Position numbers and translations under genes: made by a program. DNA of 64,000 nt from Gammaproteobacteria bacterium (GTDB taxonomy: Bacteria; Pseudomonadota; Gammaproteobacteria; JABABF01), in assembly GCA_965205525.1 (NCBI GenBank), contig OZ242171.1, positions 1,869,098-1,933,097 on the forward strand, written 5' to 3'. Below the pieces are notes generated by a model. That model was not told the origin of the DNA. It ran no database searches and was given only the letters and a program-made list of their open reading frames with translations. The stretch's first letter is position 1. Each line of letters begins with the position of its first letter. This document shows positions 9,140-18,246 of this stretch, piece after piece.

Positions 9140-9635
9140 CTACTTAATGCCCGGCCATCCTGCTCCAAAGAACTGCGGCACAACCCTCGTGGCCGGGCCG
9201 TGATGAACTTCGTCAAAGACATCGCTGCCAGCTGAAGGCTCTAGGTTGAGCTCTACCGTGCGGGCGCCCGCTGTCTTCGCTATTCGCACGAAATCAGAGG
9301 CGGGGCTTACATTGCCCGAGGTGCCGATGGAGACGAAGATCTCGCATTGGGCCAAGGCTTCATAGACGCATTCCAGCTGCAGGGGCATTTCGCCAAACCA
9401 GACCACATAGGGTCGCAGACTAGTCATGGAGCGGCAATCGGGGCAGCGGTCTTCGGGCAAGATTTCCTCGGCGGATGGGGAAATGCCGCCACAGGCCGTC
9501 GCTGGCACGGAAGGTCGCCACCCCTGACTCAGCAGATACGCCGGCACCGGTAAGAACTGCAATCCTTGATGGGGAGAAACTCATAGGGGAGAAAAGCCGA
9601 GCAATAGAAGACGGCGAGAGTCTATCGTATAACAA
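9140..9635 (-). pseudogene. cobB: NAD-dependent deacylase CobB/Sir2 remnant (frameshift plus internal deletion)
   Basis: N-terminal Sir2 segment IAVLTGAGVSAESGVATFRASDGLW lies in one frame (ORF 9420..9635). The C-terminal segment CPDC...PYVVWFGEMP...IGTSGNVSPA...TVELNLEPS...GPA..VVP lies in another (ORF 9140..9562). Only ~13 codons separate them, where ~100 aa including the QNID.LH catalytic core are expected. Confidence 0.65.
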
Positions 9636-9784
9636 TGTGCGTCAGCTGCAGGAGTATTGTCAGAAGTGCCAGTGGCCAGACCGGCCGGATCACAGCGGGC
9701 AAAGCCGGCTTACCCAGAACATTGACCCGCACTCGCCGCTCCCCTACACTTCCTTGTCCGAACAGCACCACCAAGAGAACAGAT

Positions 9785-11674
9785 ATGTGCGCACAGCAGG
9801 TACAGCAACAGGGAGACTGGGACATGCTGATACGCGGCGCCCTGGTATTTGACGGACGCGGCGGTGCGCCGGCAAAAGAGGATGTGGCGCTGCGGGACGG
9901 ATGCATTGCCGCCCGGGGCGCCAACCTTGCGCCGGAAGGGGCGCGGGAGACAGTGGATGCCGCCGGCTGCTGGCTGATGCCGGGACTCCTGGACATTCAC
10001 ACTCACCTGGATCTGGAGGTGGAGGTTAATCCGGGTCTCGGCGAGGCAGTGCGCCACGGCAGCACCACGGCGGTGGTAGGCAACTGCTCTATCGGCACCG
10101 CTTTCGGCCCCCAGCGGAAGAATGGCGAGGACCCCATCCTGGACTGCTTCACCCGGGTGGAGAATATGCCCAAGCGGGTTCTCAGGAAGTGTGTGGACAA
10201 AATGGACTGGGACAACACCGGCGACTACCTGGAGCACTTCAGCCGTATTCCTTTGGGCCCCAACATCGCCCCCCTGCTGCCCCACTCCATGCTGCGGGCA
10301 GAGGTGATGGGTGTGGATGGCGCGGTCCGGCGAGAGCCCACCGCAGAGGAGACCGAGCGTATGAAGGGCATTCTGCGGGAGGCGCTGGAGCAGGGCTACA
10401 TCGGCATGTCCTCCGACGGCATCGTCTTTCACTACCTGGCCAACGACCCGCACAAGGACAAGCGGCTGCCCACTCAGTTCGCCGGCCAGGGGGAGATGAA
10501 AAGCCTGGTGGACCTGCTGCGCAAGTACAGCCGCGTATGGCAGGTGACCCCAGATGGTGCAGACATGCGCACCACCTTCCGCCGCTTTCTGTGGACCAGC
10601 GGGCGGCTGCACGGCAAGCCGCTGCGGATCTCGGCGCTCACGGCAATGGATTTCAAGCCCAAGCCCGGCGCCTGGCGGGGGCTGCTTATGATGTCCTGGT
10701 TCCTCAACTCCTTCCTGGTGAAGGGACACTTTCACTTGCAGGCACTGGCCACCAACTTCCGCATATGGAGCAACGGGGTCACGACACCGGTATTGGAGGA
10801 GCTGGAATCTACCCGCGCCCTCATCGCCTGTGAAGCAGAGGATCGGGAGGGGCGTATGCGCCTGCTGAACGACCCCGCTTGGCAGGAGCAATTTCGCCGC
10901 GACTGGCAGGGGGTATCCGCTGCCGCTGCCGGTGCCGCTCGCAATCGCCATGCTACTTTTGAGCTGGATCCTGCGGACATCATCATTGATGACGGCTGCT
11001 CTATCCGCTGCTGGCGTGACCAGAAGCTGGTGTCCATCGTGGAGCGTTTTGCTGCCTACCGGGAGGGGGATCGGGAGGCAGCGAGATCGCCGGAAGAGGA
11101 GGCTCTGTTCAGAAGCGCGCCGGCAGACTGCGAAGGGGTAGCGGATTTCTTCATGCACTGCCTGAGGCAGATGGATCTGGATTTTCGCTGGTGGATGGAT
11201 GTGGGCAACCTGCGGCCCGATGTGCTGAAGAAGCTGGTGTTCAGCAAGTACACCCTGCCGGGTTTCAACGACAGCGGCGCCCATATCACCAATATGGCCT
11301 TTTATGACGGCAATCTGCTGACCCTGAAGATGGCCCAGGAAGATGGTCTCGGGCGGGTAGCAGAGGCTGTGCGCCGGCTGACGCGAGAGCCGGCAGATTT
11401 CTTCGGGCTGGATGTCGGGGGGATGGAGATGGGAGATCGGGCAGACCTGGTGCTGCTAAACCCTGATCAGCTGCGGGAATATGACACCAACACCAACCGG
11501 CAGCTTATCTATAACCCGCTGTTTGAGCACGATGTGATGGTGAACCGCTCCGACGGTGTGGTAGAGCAGGTGTACATTCGCGGCACGCGGGTATGGGAGG
11601 ATGGGTGCCGCTACACAGAGGCCCTGGGACGGGATACTCTGGGGCGAGTGCTGACTACTGCGCGGAGCGTATAG
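9785..11674 (+). CDS. N-acyl-D-amino-acid deacylase family amidohydrolase (D-aminoacylase-like)
   Basis: Motifs LIRGALVFDG, GLLDIHTHLD, GFNDSGAH and ADLVLLNP match amidohydrolase-3/D-aminoacylase. An alternative start is ATG 9824 (MLIRGA...), preceded by GGGAG. The 28-50 aa upstream extension in the ORF track is probably untranslated. Confidence 0.75.
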   Translation: MCAQQVQQQGDWDMLIRGALVFDGRGGAPAKEDVALRDGCIAARGANLAPEGARETVDAAGCWLMPGLLDIHTHLDLEVEVNPGLGEAVRHGSTTAVVGNCSIGTAFGPQRKNGEDPILDCFTRVENMPKRVLRKCVDKMDWDNTGDYLEHFSRIPLGPNIAPLLPHSMLRAEVMGVDGAVRREPTAEETERMKGILREALEQGYIGMSSDGIVFHYLANDPHKDKRLPTQFAGQGEMKSLVDLLRKYSRVWQVTPDGADMRTTFRRFLWTSGRLHGKPLRISALTAMDFKPKPGAWRGLLMMSWFLNSFLVKGHFHLQALATNFRIWSNGVTTPVLEELESTRALIACEAEDREGRMRLLNDPAWQEQFRRDWQGVSAAAAGAARNRHATFELDPADIIIDDGCSIRCWRDQKLVSIVERFAAYREGDREAARSPEEEALFRSAPADCEGVADFFMHCLRQMDLDFRWWMDVGNLRPDVLKKLVFSKYTLPGFNDSGAHITNMAFYDGNLLTLKMAQEDGLGRVAEAVRRLTREPADFFGLDVGGMEMGDRADLVLLNPDQLREYDTNTNRQLIYNPLFEHDVMVNRSDGVVEQVYIRGTRVWEDGCRYTEALGRDTLGRVLTTARSV

Positions 11675-11911
11675 CCTCTATGCTTAGAGGGGGGACACAC
11701 CGCTAGCCGTGTGATTTGGGTTCATACATCTATAACCCCACTTAAACTGCTACTCACTTTGCGATTGGAATAACGAAATTTGTGGGATATTGCCGGTGCG
11801 GTAATAGCATCAACGATTCCAAAGTCCAGGAATACCGCACTTGCGACGATTTTTGCACCCATGGTGCTGGCAATTGATCCAACCGCCTGTCGACCGTCGT
11901 TTGTTTTGCAT

Positions 11912-12805
11912 TCACACCCCCTTCTCATTCATCCCTATTCTCTCCAAGATGCCCTCCAATTCGCCGGTGCTGCTGTAGCGGACGACGATGCGGCCCCGGC
12001 CCCGGGTTGTATGCTGCACCTGCACCGGCGCACCTAAATGCTCTGCAAGCTCGCGCTCTAAGCGCTGCACATCCGGGTCTTCTCTGCCGCTGCTTACAGA
12101 CTTGCGCTTCTCGCGCTTCCCCGATGCCGTTATACGGCGCACCCGCTCCTCGGTCTGCCGCACGGACCAGCCCTCCGCCGCGACCTGCCGAGCCATCTTT
12201 GTCCGGAACTCCGGAAGCAAGCCCAAAAGCGCTCGGGCGTGCCCCATCTCCAGTTTGCCGCTGATTAGGAGCTCCCGTGCTTCCTCCGGCAGGCTCAGCA
12301 GCCGCAGCAGGTTGGTCACCGCACTGCGGGATATGCCAGTCATCTCTGCCGCCTCCTTCTGCTGCAAGCCAAATTCCTGGATGAGACGCTGCAGACCCTC
12401 TGCCTGCTCAATGGCGTTCAGGTCCTGCCGTTGAAGGTTCTCGGTCAAGGCCAGCACAGAGGTGCTGCGGTCGTCCAATTCCCGCACCACGGCGGGAATG
12501 GTCCGCTGCTCTGCCAGCCGGGAAGCGCGCCAGCGGCGCTCTCCCGCCACCAGCTCGTAACCGCCGTTGGTCCGGGGGCGCACTACCACCGGCTGGATTA
12601 CACCGCCAGCACGGATGGAGTTGGCCAGCTCCGCCAGGCTTTCCTCGTCAAAGTGCCGACGCGGCTGGCGCGGATTTTGGTGCACCTGGTCCAGAGGCAG
12701 ATTGTGAAAACCCGCCGCCCCTGCAGAAACTGCCGCCGTCGTGCCGCCCTGTCCGAGCAGAGCATCCAGCCCTCGGCCTAATCCGCGTTTTTTCCTCGCT
12801 GTCAT
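11912..12805 (-). CDS. parB: chromosome partitioning protein ParB
   Basis: From the internal Met: MTARKKRGLGRGLDALL...LPLDQV..NP.QPR..F....L.ELA.SI...GVIQPVVVR......YELVAGERRWRAS.LA. Canonical ParB N-terminus plus HTH. The ORF-track 5' extension is non-coding. Confidence 0.85.
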   Translation of the reverse strand: MTARKKRGLGRGLDALLGQGGTTAAVSAGAAGFHNLPLDQVHQNPRQPRRHFDEESLAELANSIRAGGVIQPVVVRPRTNGGYELVAGERRWRASRLAEQRTIPAVVRELDDRSTSVLALTENLQRQDLNAIEQAEGLQRLIQEFGLQQKEAAEMTGISRSAVTNLLRLLSLPEEARELLISGKLEMGHARALLGLLPEFRTKMARQVAAEGWSVRQTEERVRRITASGKREKRKSVSSGREDPDVQRLERELAEHLGAPVQVQHTTRGRGRIVVRYSSTGELEGILERIGMNEKGV

Positions 12806-12896
12806 TGTGCTTCTTCTTCTGCCGCTGTCTCTTTGTGCTTCGGAACTGCCTTCACCGCTCTGCTTTGCGGGCAGTCGGCATCCCCTGCGACTTTCA

Positions 12897-13670
12897 TCAC
12901 CCTGCGGACCCGGGGCTGGAGTTCGCCCGCCCCAGCACCTCCCCCGCCAGCTCTTGATAAGCCTGTGCGCCCCGACACAGCTGGTCGTAGGCCAAGGCGG
13001 GCATGCCATGGCTCGGAGCCTCGGCAAGACGCACATTGCGAGGAATAATCGTATGGTACAGCCTGTCTCCAAAATGCACCCGCAGCTGCTCTGAAACCTC
13101 CTGGGCCAGACTGTTGCGGCTGTCGTACATGGTGCGCAAAACGCCGGCTATGTGCAGGGGAGGATGCCGCTCCTGCAGTCGCTCCACGGTCTGCACCAGG
13201 GCGGACAGGCCCTCCAAGGCATAGTACTCGCACTGCACCGGCACTATCAGACCGTCTGCGGCCATCATGGCGTTCACTGTCAAGGGATTCAGGGCGGGGG
13301 GGGAGTCGATAAGAATGTAATCGTAGTCGTTTCCCAGCGGCGCCAGCCTTTCCCGCAGACAGTACTCCTTCCCGGGAAGCTGCGCCTCCGCGGCCGTGAG
13401 ATCGCCGTCTGCCGGCAGCACATCGTAGCCCCCCGATTCACTTCTCTGCATCAGCGCTCCGGCTGGCATATCCTCCAGCAACAGGTGATACATGCTGTGC
13501 TCAAGAGAATTTTTTTCAATGCCGCTGCCTATGGTTGCATTCCCCTGAGGGTCCAGATCCACCAGCAGCACCCGGCGACGGGCAGCAGCCAGGCAGGCAG
13601 CAAGATTGATCGCAGTGGTGGTTTTCCCCACCCCTCCCTTCTGATTGGTAAGTGCAAAAATTCTTGCCAT
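12897..13670 (-). CDS. parA: chromosome partitioning ATPase ParA/Soj
   Basis: MARIFALTNQKGGVGKTTTAINLAA...VLLVDLDPQGNAT is the Walker A' of the ParA family. Start placed at the Met before IFAL. Confidence 0.9.
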   Translation of the reverse strand: MARIFALTNQKGGVGKTTTAINLAACLAAARRRVLLVDLDPQGNATIGSGIEKNSLEHSMYHLLLEDMPAGALMQRSESGGYDVLPADGDLTAAEAQLPGKEYCLRERLAPLGNDYDYILIDSPPALNPLTVNAMMAADGLIVPVQCEYYALEGLSALVQTVERLQERHPPLHIAGVLRTMYDSRNSLAQEVSEQLRVHFGDRLYHTIIPRNVRLAEAPSHGMPALAYDQLCRGAQAYQELAGEVLGRANSSPGSAG

Positions 13671-13678
13671 CTCTTCTC

Positions 13679-14311
13679 TCAGCCAGCCCAGCGGCATACC
13701 ACAAGGTGGCGCTCAGCATCCACCCCCGGCACCTGCAGCGGCAGGCAGTACTCTACGACAATTTCCGGCGGCAGCTCCCCCAGCTCTCTCTCGGGGTTGC
13801 GACCCCTGGGAAACAGCAGGCAAGTTCCGGCCCGACAAAGATGTGAGAACATCTGCAGCAGCAGGGCTGGCGGCTTTACCGCTCGGGCTGTAATAATATC
13901 CGGCAGCTGCGCCGGGTGATATCGCTCCACCTCTGCCTCCGCCACCTCCGCTCCCTCTATCTCCAGTTCCGCCTTTGCCTGGCGCAGAAATCGGGCCTGA
14001 TTTGCCCCCCGGTCCAGCAGCACAACCCGCCGCTCCGGGCAGGCGATGGCAATCGGCAGACCAGGCAGACCGGCACCGCTTCCCACATCCAGCAGGATTT
14101 CTCCCGCAGGCAAGTGGTGCACCAAGCTTAGGCTGTCCAGCAGCAGTTTTCGCACCATCTCTTCAGGTTCCCGGACCCCAGTAAGGGAGAAACGCCTGTT
14201 CCAGCGCTCCAAAAGCTGCACATAGGCCAGCAATCTTTCCAAGGCGGTCTCCGGCAGGTGAAGGTCCATTTCCTGCAAGCCTGCTTTCAGGATCTCAGCG
14301 GGGTTGTCCAC
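13679..14311 (-). CDS. rsmG: 16S rRNA (guanine527-N7)-methyltransferase RsmG (GidB)
   Basis: LLDVGSGAGLPGLPIAI SAM-binding motif and GidB-like length, located directly downstream of mnmG. Confidence 0.85.
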   Translation of the reverse strand: MDNPAEILKAGLQEMDLHLPETALERLLAYVQLLERWNRRFSLTGVREPEEMVRKLLLDSLSLVHHLPAGEILLDVGSGAGLPGLPIAIACPERRVVLLDRGANQARFLRQAKAELEIEGAEVAEAEVERYHPAQLPDIITARAVKPPALLLQMFSHLCRAGTCLLFPRGRNPERELGELPPEIVVEYCLPLQVPGVDAERHLVVCRWAG

Positions 14312-14458
14312 GGGGTTCCGACTCTTGCCCGGTTCTCAGCAGGAAAGCCGAGCAGCAGTCCCGGCGGCTCTTCCCAGTACCCGCTGCTGCTTGCCCAGCA
14401 GAGCACGCGTGGGTTGTAGGGAGCTTTCCTGCCGGCAATGGATGTTCCGAGGCCCAGG

Positions 14459-16351
14459 TCAGGCCTGGCGGCGGTCAGCGGCGAAGCCGCCGCGCTTTTT
14501 GAGATGAACAAGCAGCAGCGAGAGGGCGACAGGAGTGACCCCGGGAATACGGCCTGCCTGGCCCAAGGTGACCGGGCGGCCAGCATCCAGTTTCTGGCGG
14601 ATTTCGGTGGAAAGCCCGGTTACCTGGCCGTAATCCATGCTGTCGGGAAGGATCTCCTCCTCGTGCCTTCGCAGCCGCTCAATCTCTGCCTGCTGTCGGG
14701 CGGCATAGCCGGCATATTTGATCTCTGCCTCTATCGCGCGGGCTGCCTGGGCTTCCATTACGGCATCCGTGGATTCTGCCTGAAGGTGGCGATAGCTCAG
14801 TTCGGGGCGCCGCAGAAGGCTGGCCAGCTTCTGCTCACGGCAAAGAGGTTCTTTCAAGTACCGCTCAAGACCGGATGCCAGGGCTGTGCCGGGACGAATA
14901 GAGGTGTGCTCCAGCCGCTGAATCTCGCGCTCTATAAGCTCTTTCTTCTCGCAGAATTTCCGCCAGCGAGCCTCGCCGACCAGGCCGAGCTCCCGCCCTT
15001 TTTCTGTCAGCCGCAGATCCGCATTGTCCTCCCGCAGCAAAAGGCGGTACTCGGCCCGGCTGGTGAACATGCGATAGGGCTCCGGTGCACCCTGGGTGAT
15101 AAGGTCATCCGTCAGCACGCCCAAGTAGGCCTGGTCCCGGTACGGGTGCCAGGCAGGACTGCCCTGCACCAGCCGCGCCGCGTTGAGCCCGGCCAAAATT
15201 CCCTGGGCAGCCGCCTCCTCGTAGCCAGTGGTGCCATTGATCTGGCCAGCAAAGAAAAGCCCTCGCACAAAGCGGGTTTCCAAAGAAGGCCGGAGATCCC
15301 GGGGGTCAAAGTAGTCGTACTCTATGGCGTAGCCGGGCTGTGTGATGCGGGCGTTCTCAAAGCCAGCGATAGAGCGGACCATTGCCTCCTGCACGGCCAG
15401 AGGCAGGCTGGTGGAAATCCCGTTGGGATAAATCTCAGAGCTTGTCAGCCCCTCCGGCTCAACAAATATCTGGTGGGAATCCCGCTCGGCAAAGCGCACG
15501 ACCTTGTCCTCAATGGAGGGGCAGTATCTTGGGCCACGCCCCTCAATGGCTCCCGAATGCATGGGCGACTGGTCCAGAGCGCCGCGAATAATCTCGTGGG
15601 TCTTCTGGCTGGTGCGGGTGATAAAACAGCTCACCTGATGCGGATGCTCTTCCGGCAGACCCAGATAGGACATCACTGGGACGGGGATGTCTCCGGGCTG
15701 CTCCTCCATTTTGCCAAAGTCCACTGTGTTCCCATCCAGCCTAGGGGGAGTGCCTGTTTTCAAGCGACCGACCCGAAAGGGCATCTCTCTCAGCCGGGCG
15801 GCCAGCGCCAAGGAAGAAGCCTCCCCCGCCCGACCGCCGCTCTTGCTCCGCAGCCCAATATGAATGCGACCGCCCAGGAAAGTGCCTGCGGTCAGCACTA
15901 CCGCAGAGGCCGAAAAGTGCTCTCCCGCGTCGGTAATCACCCCCTGAACACTTTCCCCGGATACCCGCAAATCCTCTACCGAGCCGGCCAAGAGAGAAAG
16001 ATTGGGCTGAGAGTGCACCAAAGCCTGCACCGAGGAGCGATACAGGGAGCGATCTGTCTGGGCCCGGGTAGCCTGCACCGCGGCACCCCGGCTGGCATTC
16101 AGCACACGAAAATGAATTCCAGCACGGTCGGCAGCACGGGCCATGATGCCATCCAACGCATCCACCTCGCACACCAAATGGCTCTTACCGATACCCCCTA
16201 CCGCCGGATTGCAGGACATCTGTCCAATTGTCTCCAAGCGCTGGGTCAGCAGAAGTGTCTTACAGCCTACTCGCGCGGCGGCAGAAGCCGCTTCAACGCC
16301 AGCATGGCCGCCGCCGATGACAATCACATCAAAAGTGCTAAGAGACTTCAC
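14459..16351 (-). CDS. mnmG: tRNA uridine 5-carboxymethylaminomethyl modification enzyme MnmG (GidA)
   Basis: [19 protein letters not shown]-binding N-terminus, full GidA-like length and a conserved C-terminus. A GTG start at 16351 ([15 protein letters not shown]) gives 630 aa like E. coli MnmG. The ORF-track ATG at 16465 would add an atypical 38-aa Cys-rich extension. Confidence 0.88.
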   Translation of the reverse strand: MKSLSTFDVIVIGGGHAGVEAASAAARVGCKTLLLTQRLETIGQMSCNPAVGGIGKSHLVCEVDALDGIMARAADRAGIHFRVLNASRGAAVQATRAQTDRSLYRSSVQALVHSQPNLSLLAGSVEDLRVSGESVQGVITDAGEHFSASAVVLTAGTFLGGRIHIGLRSKSGGRAGEASSLALAARLREMPFRVGRLKTGTPPRLDGNTVDFGKMEEQPGDIPVPVMSYLGLPEEHPHQVSCFITRTSQKTHEIIRGALDQSPMHSGAIEGRGPRYCPSIEDKVVRFAERDSHQIFVEPEGLTSSEIYPNGISTSLPLAVQEAMVRSIAGFENARITQPGYAIEYDYFDPRDLRPSLETRFVRGLFFAGQINGTTGYEEAAAQGILAGLNAARLVQGSPAWHPYRDQAYLGVLTDDLITQGAPEPYRMFTSRAEYRLLLREDNADLRLTEKGRELGLVGEARWRKFCEKKELIEREIQRLEHTSIRPGTALASGLERYLKEPLCREQKLASLLRRPELSYRHLQAESTDAVMEAQAARAIEAEIKYAGYAARQQAEIERLRRHEEEILPDSMDYGQVTGLSTEIRQKLDAGRPVTLGQAGRIPGVTPVALSLLLVHLKKRGGFAADRRQA

Positions 16352-16819
16352 AAGCTGAGAATAGAAAATACAGAGAGAGCAAATTATAACGGTGCGCCGC
16401 CTGCACACCAAGACAGCCTGCAGACTGTCTCCGCTAGAACAGCAGATGCCGAAGTGTAGGTGCATCCTTTCCTCGGCATGATCAAAGATTTAAGATTCAG
16501 CAGTCTCTCCCTACTTCTATTAATTAATCATGTTCCAATTGGATATATAAGAATTAATAGCAGTAGTAGTAGGGCCTTCCCTTGGGCCTTGCATGAAGGT
16601 GGGTAACTTTTTTCTTCGTAGGAAAAGCAGCAGCTTGCCGATGCCATCTCAAGTGGATCTGTATGGGAAGTATATGTTGCTGAGCCTGGGAATGAAGGAT
16701 GTTTGACCTAGGGATAAGTGTGGATGAGATTTCTCTCTATCTATTGGAGAAGAAAATCATCCACATCTATGCACACTTTTCCTTTGGGTTCTCCTCATGT
16801 GCGGGAGTTGGCCTGGGAG
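16352..16819. promoter_or_regulatory. mnmE-mnmG intergenic region with AT-rich block and DnaA-box-like 9-mers (candidate oriC/DUE or mnmG promoter region)
   Basis: AT-rich stretch tacttctattaattaatcatgttccaattggatatataagaattaatag. Two inverted DnaA-box-like 9-mers, TGTGGATGA and TCATCCACA (each one mismatch to TTATCCACA), lie ~40 bp apart. GATC sites are also present. Confidence 0.35.
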
Positions 16820-18223
16820 TTATTTGCCGATACAAAAGCTGGAGAATATTTCTCCTAGCAGTTCGTCGTTGCTCACTTCCCCGACAATCTCTCCCAGGGC
16901 TCTCTGGCAGGTCCGCAGTTCCTCTGCTGAGATTTCTCCCCTGCCGGATGCCAGGGCATCCTTGGCCTGAACGAGGGCACTTTCAGCCTGGGTCAATGCA
17001 TTCAGATGCCGGCGTCTGGCGGTGAATAAACCCGCGCTCTCACCAGGGGAGCGCAATACCTCCCGCAGCCTGGTCCGCAGCAAATCCAAGCCTTCACCCG
17101 TCTGGCCGGACAGGGTGATGCTGGTGATTTCCTTCTTTTCCCCTGAGGCCGGCAATTGCTCCTTGGCAATTGCAGGTTTTTCTTGGCGCAGGTCACATTT
17201 GCTGTACAGAAGGGTTATCTCCTCTGGCCGCCGCTCTGCCAGTGCCCCTTGAGCAGTGCTGCCCAAAAACTGCACTAGTCGGCTGGGCTTCCAGTCTTTG
17301 TCTATTACCAAGAGCACATGGTCTGCCTGTCGCAGAGCCTCCGCCGCCCGGCGCATGCCCTCCTGTTCTACAGGATTGGCGCTGTCTCGCAGGCCCGCTG
17401 TATCTGCCAGCTGCACGAGCATGCCGCCTAGCAGGATTTCTTCACGCAGGATATCCCGAGTGGTGCCGGGCTCTTCGCTGACGATCGCCGCGCCGCGCCC
17501 AGACAAGGCATTCAGAAGAGTAGACTTGCCGGCATTGGGAGGACCTGCCAGAACGGCTGCCCGGCTTTCCCGCAATACAGCGCCTTTCTCGGTTTCTTTA
17601 AGAATATGCCGAAGGTCCTGCTGCAGGTTCTCCAGTTCTTCCGCGATGATTTTGTCGGCTAGGAAATCCACCCCCTCCTCCTCCGGGAAATCCATCGCTG
17701 CTTCCACGTGGACCCGAAGCTGAACCAGGGAGGCGGATAGACTGCGCACGTGCTCGGAAAAAGCGCCTTCCAGGGAGCGCAGTGCGCCCCGGGCCGCCTC
17801 CCGGCTGCTGCTTGCGATCAGGTCTGCAACCGCCTCTGCCTGGGAGAGATCCATCTTGCCATTCAGAAAAGCCCGTTCGGAAAACTCCCCGGCCCGCGCC
17901 GGCCTTGCACCGTGCCGGCACACTGTCTCCAGCAGCAAGTCCAGCAGCACCGGCCCGCCGTGGGCGTGCAGTTCTAGGATGTCCTCCCCGGTGAAGGAGC
18001 GGGGAGCGGGGAAAAACAGGGCGATGCCATGGTCAAGCACTTCTCCTTCCGGCGCTGATTCTCGGAAAGCGGAAAACTCCGCCTGCCTGGGAGCGGGCAC
18101 CGAGCCCAGCATCTGGCCTGCGATGTGCCGGACATTGGGACCAGAAATGCGGATGATCCCGATGCCGCCGATGCCCGGAGGGGTGGCAATGCCAGCGATG
18201 GTGTCTATGCTGAGGGTGGCCAT
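16820..18223 (-). CDS. mnmE: tRNA modification GTPase MnmE (TrmE)
   Basis: N-terminus MATLSIDTIAGIATPPGIGGIGIIRISG, G-domain GPPNAGKSTLLNAL and C-terminal CIGK. Confidence 0.9.
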   Translation of the reverse strand: MATLSIDTIAGIATPPGIGGIGIIRISGPNVRHIAGQMLGSVPAPRQAEFSAFRESAPEGEVLDHGIALFFPAPRSFTGEDILELHAHGGPVLLDLLLETVCRHGARPARAGEFSERAFLNGKMDLSQAEAVADLIASSSREAARGALRSLEGAFSEHVRSLSASLVQLRVHVEAAMDFPEEEGVDFLADKIIAEELENLQQDLRHILKETEKGAVLRESRAAVLAGPPNAGKSTLLNALSGRGAAIVSEEPGTTRDILREEILLGGMLVQLADTAGLRDSANPVEQEGMRRAAEALRQADHVLLVIDKDWKPSRLVQFLGSTAQGALAERRPEEITLLYSKCDLRQEKPAIAKEQLPASGEKKEITSITLSGQTGEGLDLLRTRLREVLRSPGESAGLFTARRRHLNALTQAESALVQAKDALASGRGEISAEELRTCQRALGEIVGEVSNDELLGEIFSSFCIGK

Positions 18224-18246
18224 GCCATGCAGAGACCGCCGGCAGT

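Noticed and set aside
14438-16459. 673-aa plus-strand ORF fully antisense to mnmG. Similar long antisense ORFs: 18658..20562 opposite yidC, 22269..23372 opposite dnaA, 24115..25023 opposite dnaN, 9710..11284 opposite the D-aminoacylase, and 48983..50356 opposite the SMP-30 gene and atpI.
   Set aside because: Each lies opposite a gene with unambiguous conserved motifs. Their translations are low-complexity, rich in Arg, Ala, Gly and Pro with no motifs. This is the typical stop-codon depletion on the antisense strand of high-GC genes.
17695-17712. Perfect 10-bp palindrome TCCACGTGGA inside mnmE, vaguely resembling a parS core (TTCACGTGAA).
   Set aside because: Differs from the parS consensus at the critical positions and lies within a coding sequence. 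No parS-like site was found in the parA-parB spacer either. Probably coincidental.
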